In this document: positions 23,263 to 35,010 of the stretch, in pieces
Layout of the letters: every line of letters starts with the position of its first letter
How positions within the stretch are numbered: position 1 is the stretch's first letter
Origin: Octopus sinensis
Taxonomy: Eukaryota
Length of the DNA stretch: 64,000 nt
NCBI RefSeq assembly: GCF_006345805.1
Contig: NC_043007.1
Span: 70,370,001 to 70,434,000 of the forward strand
Direction: 5' to 3'
Program-made: the position numbers and the translations under genes
The notes under the pieces: generated by a model
The model's database searches: none
Seen by the model: the letters and a program-made list of their open reading frames with translations, nothing else
What the model was told of the DNA's origin: nothing

Positions 23263-24700
23263 GATGGGAAGAAGGAATAACAACGGAAAAAAAAAGGATA
23301 ACAAGGAAAAGCAAAGTTTTTCGGCCGCCGTAGGTGGCAATGTCATCGAACTGGGAGTAGCAATGGACGAGCTCTTCCAGTTCAGAAAATTAATCGAAAA
23401 AACTGGTGAAGAGACCAAGTTGGTGCCGCCCCCGGAAACTGTTCAAGCAATTCGGGAAAAAAACAGTCGTTTATAAGGTGTTTAATATCAAGGAAAAAAG
23501 AATCGCCGAGGTGAAGAATGGAATGGTTGAGCGGTGGACGTCTCCGATATGGAACAAGGTGTGCTACGTTAGCCGAGGTATAAGAAGTGCTACAATAGAA
23601 GCACACTTCGAGTCGGCTAACGTAGCAAAGGACCCAAACGTTGAAAAACGAAGAAATTATGTTGCTGCCGAAGTATTTGGGTCGGCGAACGGCGAAAGTG
23701 ACAGTTGAGGACATACCTGTTGGTTATGAAGTAATGTGGGCAGCGACAGCAGTAATATATGACGTCGAAGGCAAAATAACAATCCTGAGCATGAGGAAAA
23801 AGGAACCGACAAACTGGAGGGGACAAATGGTAGAAATGGTAATTCAAGCTGACAACCAAAATTTACCCGATAGAGTCTTCGTAGGGGAGGGGTATACAAT
23901 TAGTGTGTCGGTGGAGGGACGTAGGTCCAGGTGTTTCAAGTGCGGGCAGAAGGGTCACGTTCGCTCTACCTGCACGAAGAAAAAAACAGTTGAGGTCCCT
24001 CCCCAAAACGTAGAGAGACAGGAGAACGTGGCACCAACAAAAGAAAATAATAACAAAAAAAAAAGCAAAACGAAAAACAGAAGGATGAAAAGAAACAAAA
24101 TGTAAAACAGAATGAAGAACAAAAGGAAGAAGAAAAAAACAAATAAAAGAAAATGACCAAACCGATATGGAGTACACAACAGTGACATACAAATGTAAAA
24201 AAAGAAAGCACCCCGGACTCCCCTTCCCAAACAAAAAGAAAAACAACAAACACACAAGAACAAGGGCAAAAAATTCCCCAATCCCACCCGGTTGACACTA
24301 CATTTGTAGGACAGCTTTTTAATAAACCTCACCCCCAACGCTAAAAGGTTTTTAAAAAACTGACAAGATTATCTCATTTAATGACAAAAATGAAAAGGTG
24401 TTACGCTTAATTAAAGCTAATAACCGCATAAAAGTTTTTAAAGTGACTGACAAAGAGTCTGACACACGTTACGCCAAAGTCGGAGAGGAGCAGTGGAAAG
24501 GAAAACTCCTCCAAGAACACGTGCAAAACAAACTTATAAAAGATGTAACCCAGGAAGTGATAGCTGGGAAGCTGATTATCAGCCCGGCAGCCACTCCAAC
24601 CCAGAGCCCGGTGGCAACGCCGGTGAAAAGCCCAGCAGCTACGGGGAGTGATGGGGAAGCGGGCAGACATAGACTGCCATACTCCCTCTCACAACCGTAA
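23263..24700 (+). pseudogene. Tx1/L1 ORF1 (frameshifted) with CCHC zinc knuckle
   Basis: ORF pieces 23183-23476, 23406-23708, 23641-24105 and 24398-24700. CFKCGQKGHVRSTC is CX2CX4HX4C, preceded by VSVEGRR. Confidence 0.8.
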
Positions 24701-24722
24701 GTAAGTTATTTTTCTTTCTTCG

Positions 24723-26817
24723 ATGATTAAGTTAGGTTGTTTAAATGTGCGTGGAATGGGGTCGAGATGGAAACAGGCTTGTTTTCTGAACGACCTCATG
24801 ACACATAGAATAGATGTGGCTATTGTAACCGAGTCCAAGATTAATGGACCTCAAGCGTTCTCGCCTCTTCTGAGTGGTTACGAGAAATTTTTTCTCCTAG
24901 CCGAGGAAGGGATGCAGGCGTGGCAGTCCTTATCAGGAAAAACTTAGACTTACAGATAAGTACTGTCTTTCTGGACCCAGAAGGCAGGTTGGTTGTACTA
25001 GATGTGACTCATGCGAGTAAGTAGTCCTTCAGGTTGGTAGCTGTCTACTCTCCTGAGAAGAGTAGGCAGTCTGGTTTTTACCGGAATCTGGAGCACTTTC
25101 TAGTGACGTACCCGGATTTAGGTGTTAGTTCAGAGGGCATTATGTGGCACCATCATTAACAATAGATGGTGGCACGCCCTCAAAAGAGCCATCCGTTTAG
25201 AGTCCATTAGATTTAGCAAGCAGCTAAGTTTAGACAGGACCAGAATAGAGGGTGATTTAGTTAAGAACTTAAACGAGGCAATGGAATTTGGCTCTGCACC
25301 TATAGCGTTGGCAGCGAGGACGGTCTTGTACCGCCACTTCAATGCCAAACATGAAGGTTGCAGAGTCAAAGCCAAGCTACGTGCAGGGAAGCGAGAAGGT
25401 ATTAATGTTGCCGGATGGGCACGTCGTGTGGAGAGTCAGAGAGGTAAAAAGTCCTCTATAAAGTCTTTAACGGACGAACGGGGACGCAAGATCTATGTAC
25501 ATGAGGAGATGCAGAAAGTCTTTCACCAGCATTTCGCTCGGTTGTTCGGGGAGAGTGGTCCGCTTGAGCGGAGCGAGCCCTTAAGGGACTTCCTAGCCGG
25601 TGGGCCACGACTTTCGGCACGTGAAGCTGAATGCTGTGAAGGACCGATCACTCCCGCGGAGGTGAGAGAGGTGTTGGCCGAGTGCGCCGGGGATAGATGG
25701 TCTGCCCTAAGAGTTTTATCATTGTATGCCGGACTTGTTCGGGGAGATACTGGCAGGTGTCTATGCAAACTGGCAACAAAATGGGAGTTCTGTGCAGGTG
25801 TTTATATCATCTGTAATCACCTACCGCTGTCCGTTGTGCCTTGCCCCTATATGTGGCTAAACAAGTTGGAACGACTCGTCTTCCGCTTTTTGTGGAAGGG
25901 AGGAAAGCCACTTGTGAGGCGCTCCGTTTGCTGCCAGGAACCGTTAAAGGGTGAACTGGGAATTCCCTGGCTGATGATGCGCAGACACGCGTTGAGGCTG
26001 AGACATCTCTGGTGCCACTTGGACGGTGTTAAGGTGTGGAGTCCGCTGGCGAGGGAGCTCTTGTCGCGACCGGCCACTTTGGAGAGATTTAAACCCGGTC
26101 TCGTTAAAAGACGTAACCTGACTTTATGGCAGAATGAGTGCCGTTAGGCACTCTGGCTGATCCACAAGACGGGCAAGGCCGGCAGCGAGAATACCACCTC
26201 GGTGTTCTATAGAGAGCTGGTAGAGGCAAAAAAACGATGACGTCCTAGGAGAGGCTCTGGGGTTCGATGAGAACCAACTTGCCAATCAGTTCAAAAAAAC
26301 TTTCAGGCCGGGGTACTTGGATAACTTCCAAAAATCCCTGACCTGGTAGTGCTACGGGAACGCTTTACCTGTTCGCAATAAGTTATCCAGGCACGGAATA
26401 TCAGTGCCACCGACGTGTCCAAGATGCGGGTTGGACAATGAAACTGTCCAGCACGCTTTTGTACAATGTCGGGAGCTATCCAGCTTGATAAGTTACGTTG
26501 AACACATGCTGTCGCATCTGGGACGAGTACAGCTGTCAGCTGGATCTATGATAAAGATGATACCGCCAACTGGACTCACAAAGGGAGGTAAGGCATGCTT
26601 TTACTGTACGGTTGCAGTACTGAAAGGGTGTGTTTGGAGGACTAGAATGGAAGGTTCTGTGAAAGGGTCCTTCATCTCTGGACCCGGTTTACTGTCTTAC
26701 TTCATATACCATCTGAAGAGCAAGATGGGGTTGGAGAGGAAGACCCTGCCACCGAGTGAATACGAAAAACGATGGAAGGATGTGATGAGAAAGGTGGGTG
26801 TTAGTAACCCAGCTTAA
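24723..26817 (+). pseudogene. Tx1/L1 ORF2 fragments: N-terminal half of the APE endonuclease, linker, post-RT region and C-terminal zinc finger; RT core absent
   Basis: MIKLGCLNVRG...VTESK, FLDPEGRLVVLDV, AVYSP, GPITPAEV, LERLVFRFLWKG, CPRCGLDNETVQHAFVQC. No GDFN or (Y/F)ADD was found. Confidence 0.82.
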
Positions 26818-27073
26818 TCATTGATGAAAGGAAAAGATAGTTGCTGGGCCTTATAGGCTTCCGGGTTCGATCCTTTGAACTTTTAATCGTTTTCTTTCTT
26901 TATTTTCTTTAAAAAAAAAAAAGTTCTAGTTAAAGGAAAAATTAAACGTTATATAAAATATTTTTAAGTAAATTTTTAACAGAATACTCATTCGAACTCG
27001 TATAACCTTTTTGTATTTGTTCGTCTTGTGATGTCCCTTTCTATGTACGATCATTTTGATCATAATAAAGATT

Positions 27074-27700
27074 TCATTTTATATGCACCTTAGTAAGATG
27101 GCAACAAAGTGCCGACAACTGGCAGGATGGATACTGAGGTCCTTCAAGACAAAAGACCAAGAAACTATGCTGACCCTCTGGAGAACCTTTGTTCTCGGCC
27201 GCCTGCACTACTGCTCCCAGTTATGGTCACCACATAGTGCCAAACTAACAGTAGAGCTTGAAGCATTCCAATGCCACTACACTCATTGAAACAGTGCTGC
27301 AGATGAGCTACAGAGATAGGTTGAGAAAATTGCGCCTTTACTCCCTGGAGTGAAGGCATGAGAGATATGCAATAATCTACATATGGAAAACTCTAGAGAG
27401 GCTAGTATCTAATTTTGGCATTGAGTGTTATACAAATACCAGGGCTGGCTGCCACTGTATTGTATTAAAAGGTACGATCCACTCCATCTAAATTCGGGAC
27501 CAGGTACTGCAATAGTCTAGGGTTCAAAGGCCCACAGTTCTTCAATGCCCTGCCACAAAAATGAAGAAATCTGAATAAACTGGAAGATGTCTTCAAAAAG
27601 GAACCAGACATCCTCCTCTCCATAATAGCAGATGAACCAACAGCCCAACAGATGAGGGCAGCAGAATCAAACTCCCTTATACACCAAACGGGCCAACAGC
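27074..27700 (+). mobile_element. CR1-clade LINE, 3' part resuming after the insertion
   Basis: Resumes SFYMHLSKMATKCRQLAGWILRSF...LHYCSQLWSP...RERYAIIYIWK...GPQFFNALP, continuing the frame broken at 23003. Confidence 0.85.
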
Positions 27701-27809
27701 TGGGACAAAGGCGCATACAGGAGTGGTGATGTGAAACACCCCAGGCTGAGAAAATCAGAAAGACCATGGTGGTGTTCCAGCATGACCACAGCCACATGGC
27801 TGAAAAGAT

Positions 27810-28113
27810 TATAAGAGAGATATATCTGTAGCGAGGTCATCAGAGAGAAGTCCGGCATGAGGGATGTCATCGTAGAATATACACGCAGCAAGTCTAGATG
27901 AGCTGGACACGTAACCAGGCTCACTGATAATCTGTGGACCCGCGCAAGTGGAAACGAACACTCGGAAGGCCTCCATGATGGTGGAGTTACGATTTCAGGA
28001 GGGCGATTGGGATCACGTGGATGAGAAAGGCGCGATCCAGAGAGGAGTGGACAGCATGCTGTGACCAGCAGTGTCAAATGGATGCCCGACGGACTGGTCG
28101 GTCAAGGTGATAA
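27810..28113 (+). mobile_element. RTE-type LINE 3' end (second family)
   Basis: IREKSGMRDVIVEYTRSKSR*AGHVTRLTDNLWTR, ending CTGGTCGGTCAAGGTGATA. Confidence 0.65.
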
Positions 28114-28114
28114 T

Positions 28115-29050
28115 AGCTTATTTTTTACTTGGGGCTGGCCAGATTGGAGCAATCTCAAGATTAATCAGCCGAAATTGCGAGGATGATCCGGTTCTTGACC
28201 CGTCCTTGTTTTTTTATATCGTCTATCTGGATGTTTTGTTGTCCCTTTTTGTATCACCTAGTTGTCCAGATGTTTTGTGTTCTTGTTCCATTTTGCATTA
28301 TATATATATATATATATATATATAGCGGCGTACATACACTTTGTTCTCTTATATGTAAGTACACATTTCACTAAATTTTGTACTTTTTCAACCTTTTCCC
28401 GTTTCGTTCTTTCTTCCCCCCGCCCCCTTCTCACATTTCTTTGCCTTTCTTACTCACTTTTCTCTTCACTATGTCTGTCTCGCCACTCCTTGATTCTTCT
28501 GTCTATCTGCTTCTACAACTCTCTCTTCTCCTACCCCTCCTTAATTCATTTGTTCGTCTTTTTCTCTCTTCTCACGTGACCGATAGGCCAGACTGCTAGC
28601 CCTTTTGCGTCTGACCATGGTCAGACACATCAGTATTCTTCCCAGTGTTCGTGAAAGGTTTGTATCTCTGCCGTAAGGCTTCCTTTCCACACGCCTGCTG
28701 AATTCAATTCGTCCCCAGTCGAAAGATGTCTGTTGTTATGTCCTGTTATCATTTTTATATTCGTGTAACATCGTCTGTTTTTCCTTCCTTGTTTTCGTAT
28801 ACATTTGATGCTTTTTTCCAAGGAATCTAATGCTCTTAGCTTAGTTTTTCCTTGGGGCTGGCCAGATTGGAGCAATCTCAAAATTAATCAGCCGAAAATG
28901 CAAGGATGATCCAGTTCTTGATTGAGGATAAAGGCTTCGAATGACCCATCCTTGTCTTTTTGTATCATCTATCTGGATGTTTTGTTATCCCCTTTTTCTA
29001 TTACCTAGTTGTCCAGATTTTTGCATTCTTGTCCCATTTTGTATTATTTA

Positions 29051-29096
<46 letters not shown>

Positions 29097-29824
29097 GCGG
29101 CGTACATACACTTTGTTCTCTTATATGTAAGTACACATTTCACTAAATTTTGTACTTTTTCAACCTTTTCCCGTTTCGTTCTTTCTTCCCCCCGCCCCCT
29201 TCTCACATTTCTTTGCCTTTCTTACTCACTTTTCTCTTCACTATGTCTGTCTCGCCACTCCTTGATTCTTCTGTCTATCTGCTTCTACAACTCTCTCTTC
29301 TCCTACCCCTCCTTAATTCATTTGTTCGTCTTTTTCTCTCTTCTCACGTGACCGATAGGCCAGACTGCTAGCCCTTTTGCGTCTGACCATGGTCAGACAC
29401 ATCAGTATTCTTCCCAGTGTTCGTGAAAGGTTTGTATCTCTGCCGTAAGGCTTCCTTTCCACACGCCTGCTGAATTCAATTCGTCCCCAGTCGAAAGATG
29501 TCTGTTGTTATGTCCTGTTATCATTTTTATATTCGTGTAACATCGTCTGTTTTTCCTTCCTTGTTTTCGTATACATTTGATGCTTTTTTCCAAGGAATCT
29601 AATGCTCTTAGCTTAGTTTTTCCTTGGGGCTGGCCAGATTGGAGCAATCTCAAAATTAATCAGCCGAAAATGCAAGGATGATCCAGTTCTTGATTGAGGA
29701 TAAAAGGCTTCGAATGACCCATCCTTGTCTTTTTGTATCATCTATCTGGATGTTTTGTTATCCCCTTTTTCTATTACCTAGTTGTCCAGATGTTTTGCAT
29801 TCTTGTCCCATTTTGTATTATTTA

Positions 29825-29830
<6 letters not shown>
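28115..29830. repeat. Tandem repeat of a 720-772-bp unit (about 2.3 copies), later copies near-identical
   Basis: TTGGGGCTGGCCAGATTGGAGCAATCTCAA near 28130, 28853 and 29624. Identical ORF translations at an offset of 772 (28378/29150, 28630/29402). Confidence 0.92.
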
Positions 29831-29867
<37 letters not shown>

Positions 29868-30051
29868 AATGGAAAAGTGGATATTTAAATGGTGACATAA
29901 AAATCTGGTTCGCTGAACACGGACCCATCACCAAACTAAAAACACATTAATCAATGGTATTAGTGTTTATAACAACAAATTGTACTTTGCCTGGTAAATA
30001 TTTAATTAGGCAGGATTCCACTGCAACGCTGCTGACAAGTTATGAACCTTT

Positions 30052-30215
30052 TATCATCATCATTTAATATCTGTTTTCCATGCTGGCATGGATTGGACAG
30101 TTTGATGAGCTGCACTAGGTTCCATTGTCTGTTTTTGGTATGGTTTCTCCAGCCGGATGCCCTAATGCCAACTATAAAGTGTACTGGATATTTTTCATGT
30201 GGCACCAGCACGATC
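30052..30215 (-). mobile_element. RTE 3' UTR terminal fragment
   Basis: CATCATCATTTAA...TTTCCATGCTGGCATGG...GGATGCCCT, as at the ends of the RTE copies at 40632 and 42112. Confidence 0.7.
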
Positions 30216-30906
30216 ACCAAGCACTTTACAAAACAATAAACCCCTCAACTGGGAGGGAGTGGAGAGAATTATTCCGGGGGGGGGGGAGGGCTTTGTGCCT
30301 GCTGATTAGCCAGTTGTAATTTTTAACTGTTTAATTCAACCATAACATTACCAGACATACTTGTTGATCTGGTATATCCTTAATCAGTCTCCAGACGATA
30401 TAAAGTCAAATTTAAATACAAACACAAAACAAGAAATTCATTATAAAAATAATTTTACTATACAAATAAATAAATAAATAACATTCTCGAAAGAACGTTT
30501 CTTTGGTAAGTTTAGAAGCTCCAAAGAAACGGGGGAGTTCATGGCAAATATTAAATTGTCCAAAATTTGGTGGAATCGAAACATATTTGCCAAAATGTTC
30601 TTCTTACAAGGAAAGAAAAACTTTCATTTTTCTGTACCTCAATCCTTTTATTCAGCTTCAACAGAAGCTGAGTGAAAAATTGGTCCAAAGTTACCACTCA
30701 GCAGTACTTTTGGTGTAACACACACACACAACCACAAACAATGATTCATACAAGTTCCATAATATAGTATTGTACACAAGTCTGAATAAATGGGATAGTG
30801 TGTAAGTTTGTCTCCATGAGGTTTACTAGTTCTGCGCATCCTTCAGCAGGGCTTTTCATCCTTTGCTTCAGCATCATTTATGATTTATGTTCATCTAAGG
30901 TGGCAG

Positions 30907-30919
30907 ACTTCATGGAAGT
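30907..30919 (-). promoter_or_regulatory. Candidate Roquin constitutive decay element (CDE) stem-loop in the IkappaB 3' UTR
   Basis: Minus strand ACTTC-CAT-GAAGT: 5-bp stem, YRY tri-loop, matches UCYRYGA, about 100 nt after the stop. Confidence 0.4.
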
Positions 30920-31014
30920 AACCCTTTGATGCCTAAAAGTCTCCAACAGCTTCTTGTGGCGGCAGCATCGTAGAATGGAATAGTTTATTCTTAGCACACA
31001 AAAGATGGTATCCA

Positions 31015-31056
31015 CTATGAAGGTTGATAGTCCATATGTACATCACCAGATAAGAA
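31015..31056 (-). CDS. NFKBIA: IkappaB exon 5 (terminal, FLSGDVHMDYQPS*)
   Basis: Strong polypyrimidine acceptor TTTTTTTATATTTTCAG, phase 0 matching the exon 4 donor, stop TAG at 31017-31015. Chosen from splice signals only. Confidence 0.6.
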   Translation of the reverse strand, partial: FLSGDVHMDYQPS

Positions 31057-31197
31057 CTGAAAATATAAAAAAATATATAAATGTAGAATTTTGCTAGTGT
31101 AACAAAATACAGTTTACAGAATGTTACATGTTGATAAAATGTTAACATACAACCTAATGAATTTCCAATAAGTTTTGATATATCATTTTATACATAT

Positions 31198-31228
<31 letters not shown>

Positions 31229-31539
31229 CACATTATGCACACATGTGCACATCCACACACACACACACGTACATAGAATTGATAGCTATTTATCAACTAT
31301 TTCTGGAATGATATTGGTTTACCTATGATCAGTCAACATGTCTCTAAAAACCAACATCATAAAATAAGGTACAAGCTTTAACAACCAAATTTTAAAGCCC
31401 ATTGCATGAGTGAATACTAAACCATTATTTGTAACCTGTTTTCTTAAGTTGACTCAAGACTCAAAATATTTTAAAACATTTTATAAGATCCTCAAAGAGA
31501 AATTTGAAAATCAGCAGAACCATTAAATAATATACTAAC

Positions 31540-31776
31540 CATATCATCATCCGAGTCCTCTGAACTGCTGTCTCTATAAAATAAAGAAGCACCGTTTGTT
31601 CTCAATATGTTCTTCATCAATTCATTGTTCTGATCATCAGCAAGACAATATGCTGTCACACCACCAAATGTTACAGCATTAATATTTAGTTCTGGGTACT
31701 TGAAGAGTTGATAAACTAAAATTTTATCATTTGATTCAACAGCATAATGAAGAATAGTTCGACCACTTTTTCCATC
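31540..31776 (-). CDS. NFKBIA: IkappaB exon 4 (ankyrin repeats 5-6 and acidic PEST tail)
   Basis: Acceptor TTGTTGCAG|GAT, DGKSGRTILHYAVE...NAVTFGGVTAYCLA...DSSSEDSDDDM, donor ATG|GTTAGT. Confidence 0.9.
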
Positions 31777-32429
31777 CTGCAACAAAACCAAGAGAGTTCC
31801 ATTGTACAAAACAAAGTAAAACAATATCTTATTAACATAAAAGATTTTAAATCACTAACTACAAATTATTTGTGATATTTTTATCGTTATTTGTAAAACA
31901 TAAAAAATTATATAAATTTAAATGTTCTACCTAAAATATTTTTTATTTCAATGGCAAAGGTCAAATCAGGTGTTTGCAAAACATCTGAAAACAGGATTCA
32001 ATGAATTTAATAGTTTGGATATAATATTATATTTTTCATCTTGTAAATTGTGTGTCAAATATACTGTCATTTGATAGCAGTAAAATAAAATATTTGACCC
32101 TAAACTAACTTGGAAAGTAATATGTGACTGACGATAATTACCATCCTTTTATGTAATTATAATAATTCAACAGGTTTCTAATCCCTTCAAATGAAAACAG
32201 AGCTAGTAACTAACGAATTAATCATTTTTATAACTCAATTTTAAAGCATAAAAATATTCCAGTACCAGCAACTGTACGCGTGTACACTAAAATACTCAAT
32301 GTGTATTGCAAATATGAGTAAAGCAATGTGACACGTCCGGAATGAGTAAATTACACATACATGTCATGTGAGGAGCTATCAAAATAGGTCAGTAATAAGA
32401 AGCTACATGAAAATGGTTAAGATATTTAC

Positions 32430-32518
32430 CTGTACATTGATATTGGCACCAGCATAAAGCAAAATACTGACTGTAGGATATGGTTTACGGAGAGCAGCAA
32501 GATGAATACTTGTCAAAC
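32430..32518 (-). CDS. NFKBIA: IkappaB exon 3 (ankyrin repeat 4)
   Basis: Acceptor TTTTCAG|GT, (G)LTSIHLAALRKPYPTVSILLYAGANINVQ, donor CAG|GTAAAT. The 89-nt length keeps the frame. Confidence 0.92.
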
Positions 32519-32868
32519 CTGAAAACATAATCATTAATACTAAATCAATAAAACAAATATGTTAATAATTTCGTTTACATTCTTGCTATACAATGTACTA
32601 AAATCGTTTTAGTCCTTTCTACGTAGTTACAAACAAATATCATTTTATTGCATGCAATAAAACTCTTACTACTTTCATTTTATTTGGGTCAAGTTTAATG
32701 CTTGAATTGGTTTAATGTTTAAATCAGTTTAATCTATTTTGTGTTTCAATTTGAAATTAAAAGCTAAACATTTTTAAAAATTAATAAAACTTATAGAATC
32801 AACAGGATATAAATACTGGCTTGAACTTATTAGATACATGAACCATATTAAGAGTTTTTATAACTCAC

Positions 32869-33185
32869 CGTCATAATTAAGCATATTCAGTGACTTTTTA
32901 ATATTCTTGGCACCAAGCAACATTTTCACACATTCAAAGTCTCCATCCCGACAAGCTACATGTAAGGGAGTATTGCCATTATTGTCTCTGATATCGACTG
33001 ACGCTCCATTTCTGACCAATAGCTCAACAATACCATACTGTTTAGTAACAACAGCCAAGTGGAGGGGTGTCTGGAAAAGGTTGTTCTGCAAGTCAAGTAA
33101 ATGATTGCACGACAACATTCTGACATTTATTATGTAATATTCGGCGAGATTGGCGTCGCATTCAATAATAGCCATGTGCAGAACT
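32869..33185 (-). CDS. NFKBIA: IkappaB exon 2 (ankyrin repeats 1-3)
   Basis: Acceptor ATTTTCAG|A, VLHMAII...NLFQTPLHLAVVT...NNGNTPLHVAC...LNYD, donor G|GTGAGT. Confidence 0.95.
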
Positions 33186-34542
33186 CTGAAAATATAAAAT
33201 TTAAAAAATGCAATTTAAGATTATTTTAACACAAACACATTGATTAAAAATAAATTTACTAACAACGGTCACTTTTATAAACTACTATGTTAGAACAATT
33301 TTTTTTCCTTGGTTTCAAAAGTCAATTTCACTTTTATACATTTCCGCCTCTTAGTTTTTTTTTTTTTTTTTTTGCTTTAATCACACACCTCTGCAGTTGC
33401 TGAACCTGTTCAAAACAGCTAAACCTCCCTCAAACAACAGCGTGAATTATCTAATCCCGCTAAAAAAAAAAAAAAAAAAAAAAACAGGGAAAGGGCTTAA
33501 ATTTTTTTTTCTTTTCACTTCAATTCTCCATGTTTCTAGCATAGATTCTGTAAAGCAATGGCTCATGTATGCAAACATTTTTCTGCATCAATATTCCTAC
33601 ACACTCAAGGACTAAATCCTACGTACCTTGCATTTTAATTTCGAAAATTAATAACTACATCCACCCACATGACCAGGGAAATTTAATTCTTGTAAATATA
33701 TTAGTTGAAAATTTTCGGGAAAAAAAAAAAAAAAAAACAGCGTTTTTAATTTTGTCAGATCTGTTGAACCCATTGTTTTATTAATATCTAAGATTTTATA
33801 TCAAGAATAATAAATATCCAATCCATTCTATCTCTTCCCTATACCCATACATTGACGTTGATTTTGCTGGGGTGATGATCAACAATAGCGACGTAGAGTT
33901 TCGTGGTATTGACAAAGAAACTGAGCCTTCCTCTTCAGACTTACGTGTCTGCATGTATATGACAAAGCGTACCCAGGCATACACAACCCTAGTTGTTTCA
34001 GCCCAAGTAGATCAGTAAGGAGGCCACCTACTGTAACATCAATGGCCAAAAAGACACCTAGGGAGAAATGGAACGGATGGACAAAAGCCATACGGACCCC
34101 TGAAAACTACAAATATTTAATAAATAATGAAATAGAGGTCAGTGAACTGAGCCAGGGTTGATGGAAGGATATTAATAAGAGTTAAGAACTAGGACGACAC
34201 TATGTGGGGGTTTATTCTTGACTAACGTAGTAGTAAAGAGAGGTTTAAATGACGATAGATAATTTAACCTTTATTTCAATCTTCAATTATTTTACTAATT
34301 TATTCATTAAAAAAAAATGTAGTAATAATTGTCTTCTTGTTAATTTGGGTACGAGTGAAGTCATAACGTCACTCGAAATATGGAGGCATTAACAGTAAAA
34401 CAAGGAACAAGAGACATTATCTGATACAAGGATGAAGTGACATAAATTAGTAAAACCATTTAACATAATTTGTTAAAATAGGAAAATGTAAAAATAAATA
34501 AAATCCGGATTGAAAAGGAAAAACCAAAAAAAAAACTGGTTA

Positions 34543-34604
34543 AAGGTCACAGATATGTTAGTCATGTGACGTGGATTGACCAATCAGAACAAACGGAATT
34601 TCCC
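34543..34604. promoter_or_regulatory. Intron 1 cis-element cluster: AGGTCA half-site, AP-1-like, CRE (TGACGT), CCAAT, consensus kB site
   Basis: TGACGT at 34567-34572, CCAAT at 34580-34584, GGAATTTCCC at 34595-34604 (GGGAAATTCC on the minus strand). Confidence 0.6.
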
Positions 34605-35010
34605 AGCGATATTTTTATGAAGTAAAAAAACCCATAAATGTTGTGTAGGTGTGTGTGTGTGCGTTATGCTGATTATGTATGTGTTTATGTATGAGGTGTG
34701 TATGTGTGTGTTTATGTATGATTATGTATGAGGTGTATGTGTGCGCGCGTGTTATGCTGATTATGTGTGTGTTTATGTATGAGGTGTATGTGTGTGTGTG
34801 TTATGCTGATTATGTGTGTGTGTTTATGTGTTGCATATGTGTGGCTGTCTGTGTATATCGACATTGTGAGTAATTATAAACAATTAACACGTATACAATA
34901 AGTATATATGTTATATAGATGTACATATTTATGTATGCGTGTACCTTTAACAATTTACGAAATATATCAACATAATATTTTTGAAATAAATATCAATAAA
35001 TTAAACTTAC

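Larger units (their letters stand above)
23004..27073 (+). mobile_element. Tx1/L1-clade non-LTR retrotransposon with both ends, internally deleted, flanked by an 18-bp TSD
   Basis: TSD TCATTTTATAT(T/G)CACCTT at 22986-23003 and 27074-27091, 5' UTR, ORF1, ORF2 fragments, AATAAA at 27064-27069. Confidence 0.88.

Noticed and set aside
28915-28950. TTGAGGATAAAGGCTTCGAATG as a hammerhead
   Set aside because: Lacks A15.1-U16.1 and stem I pairing.
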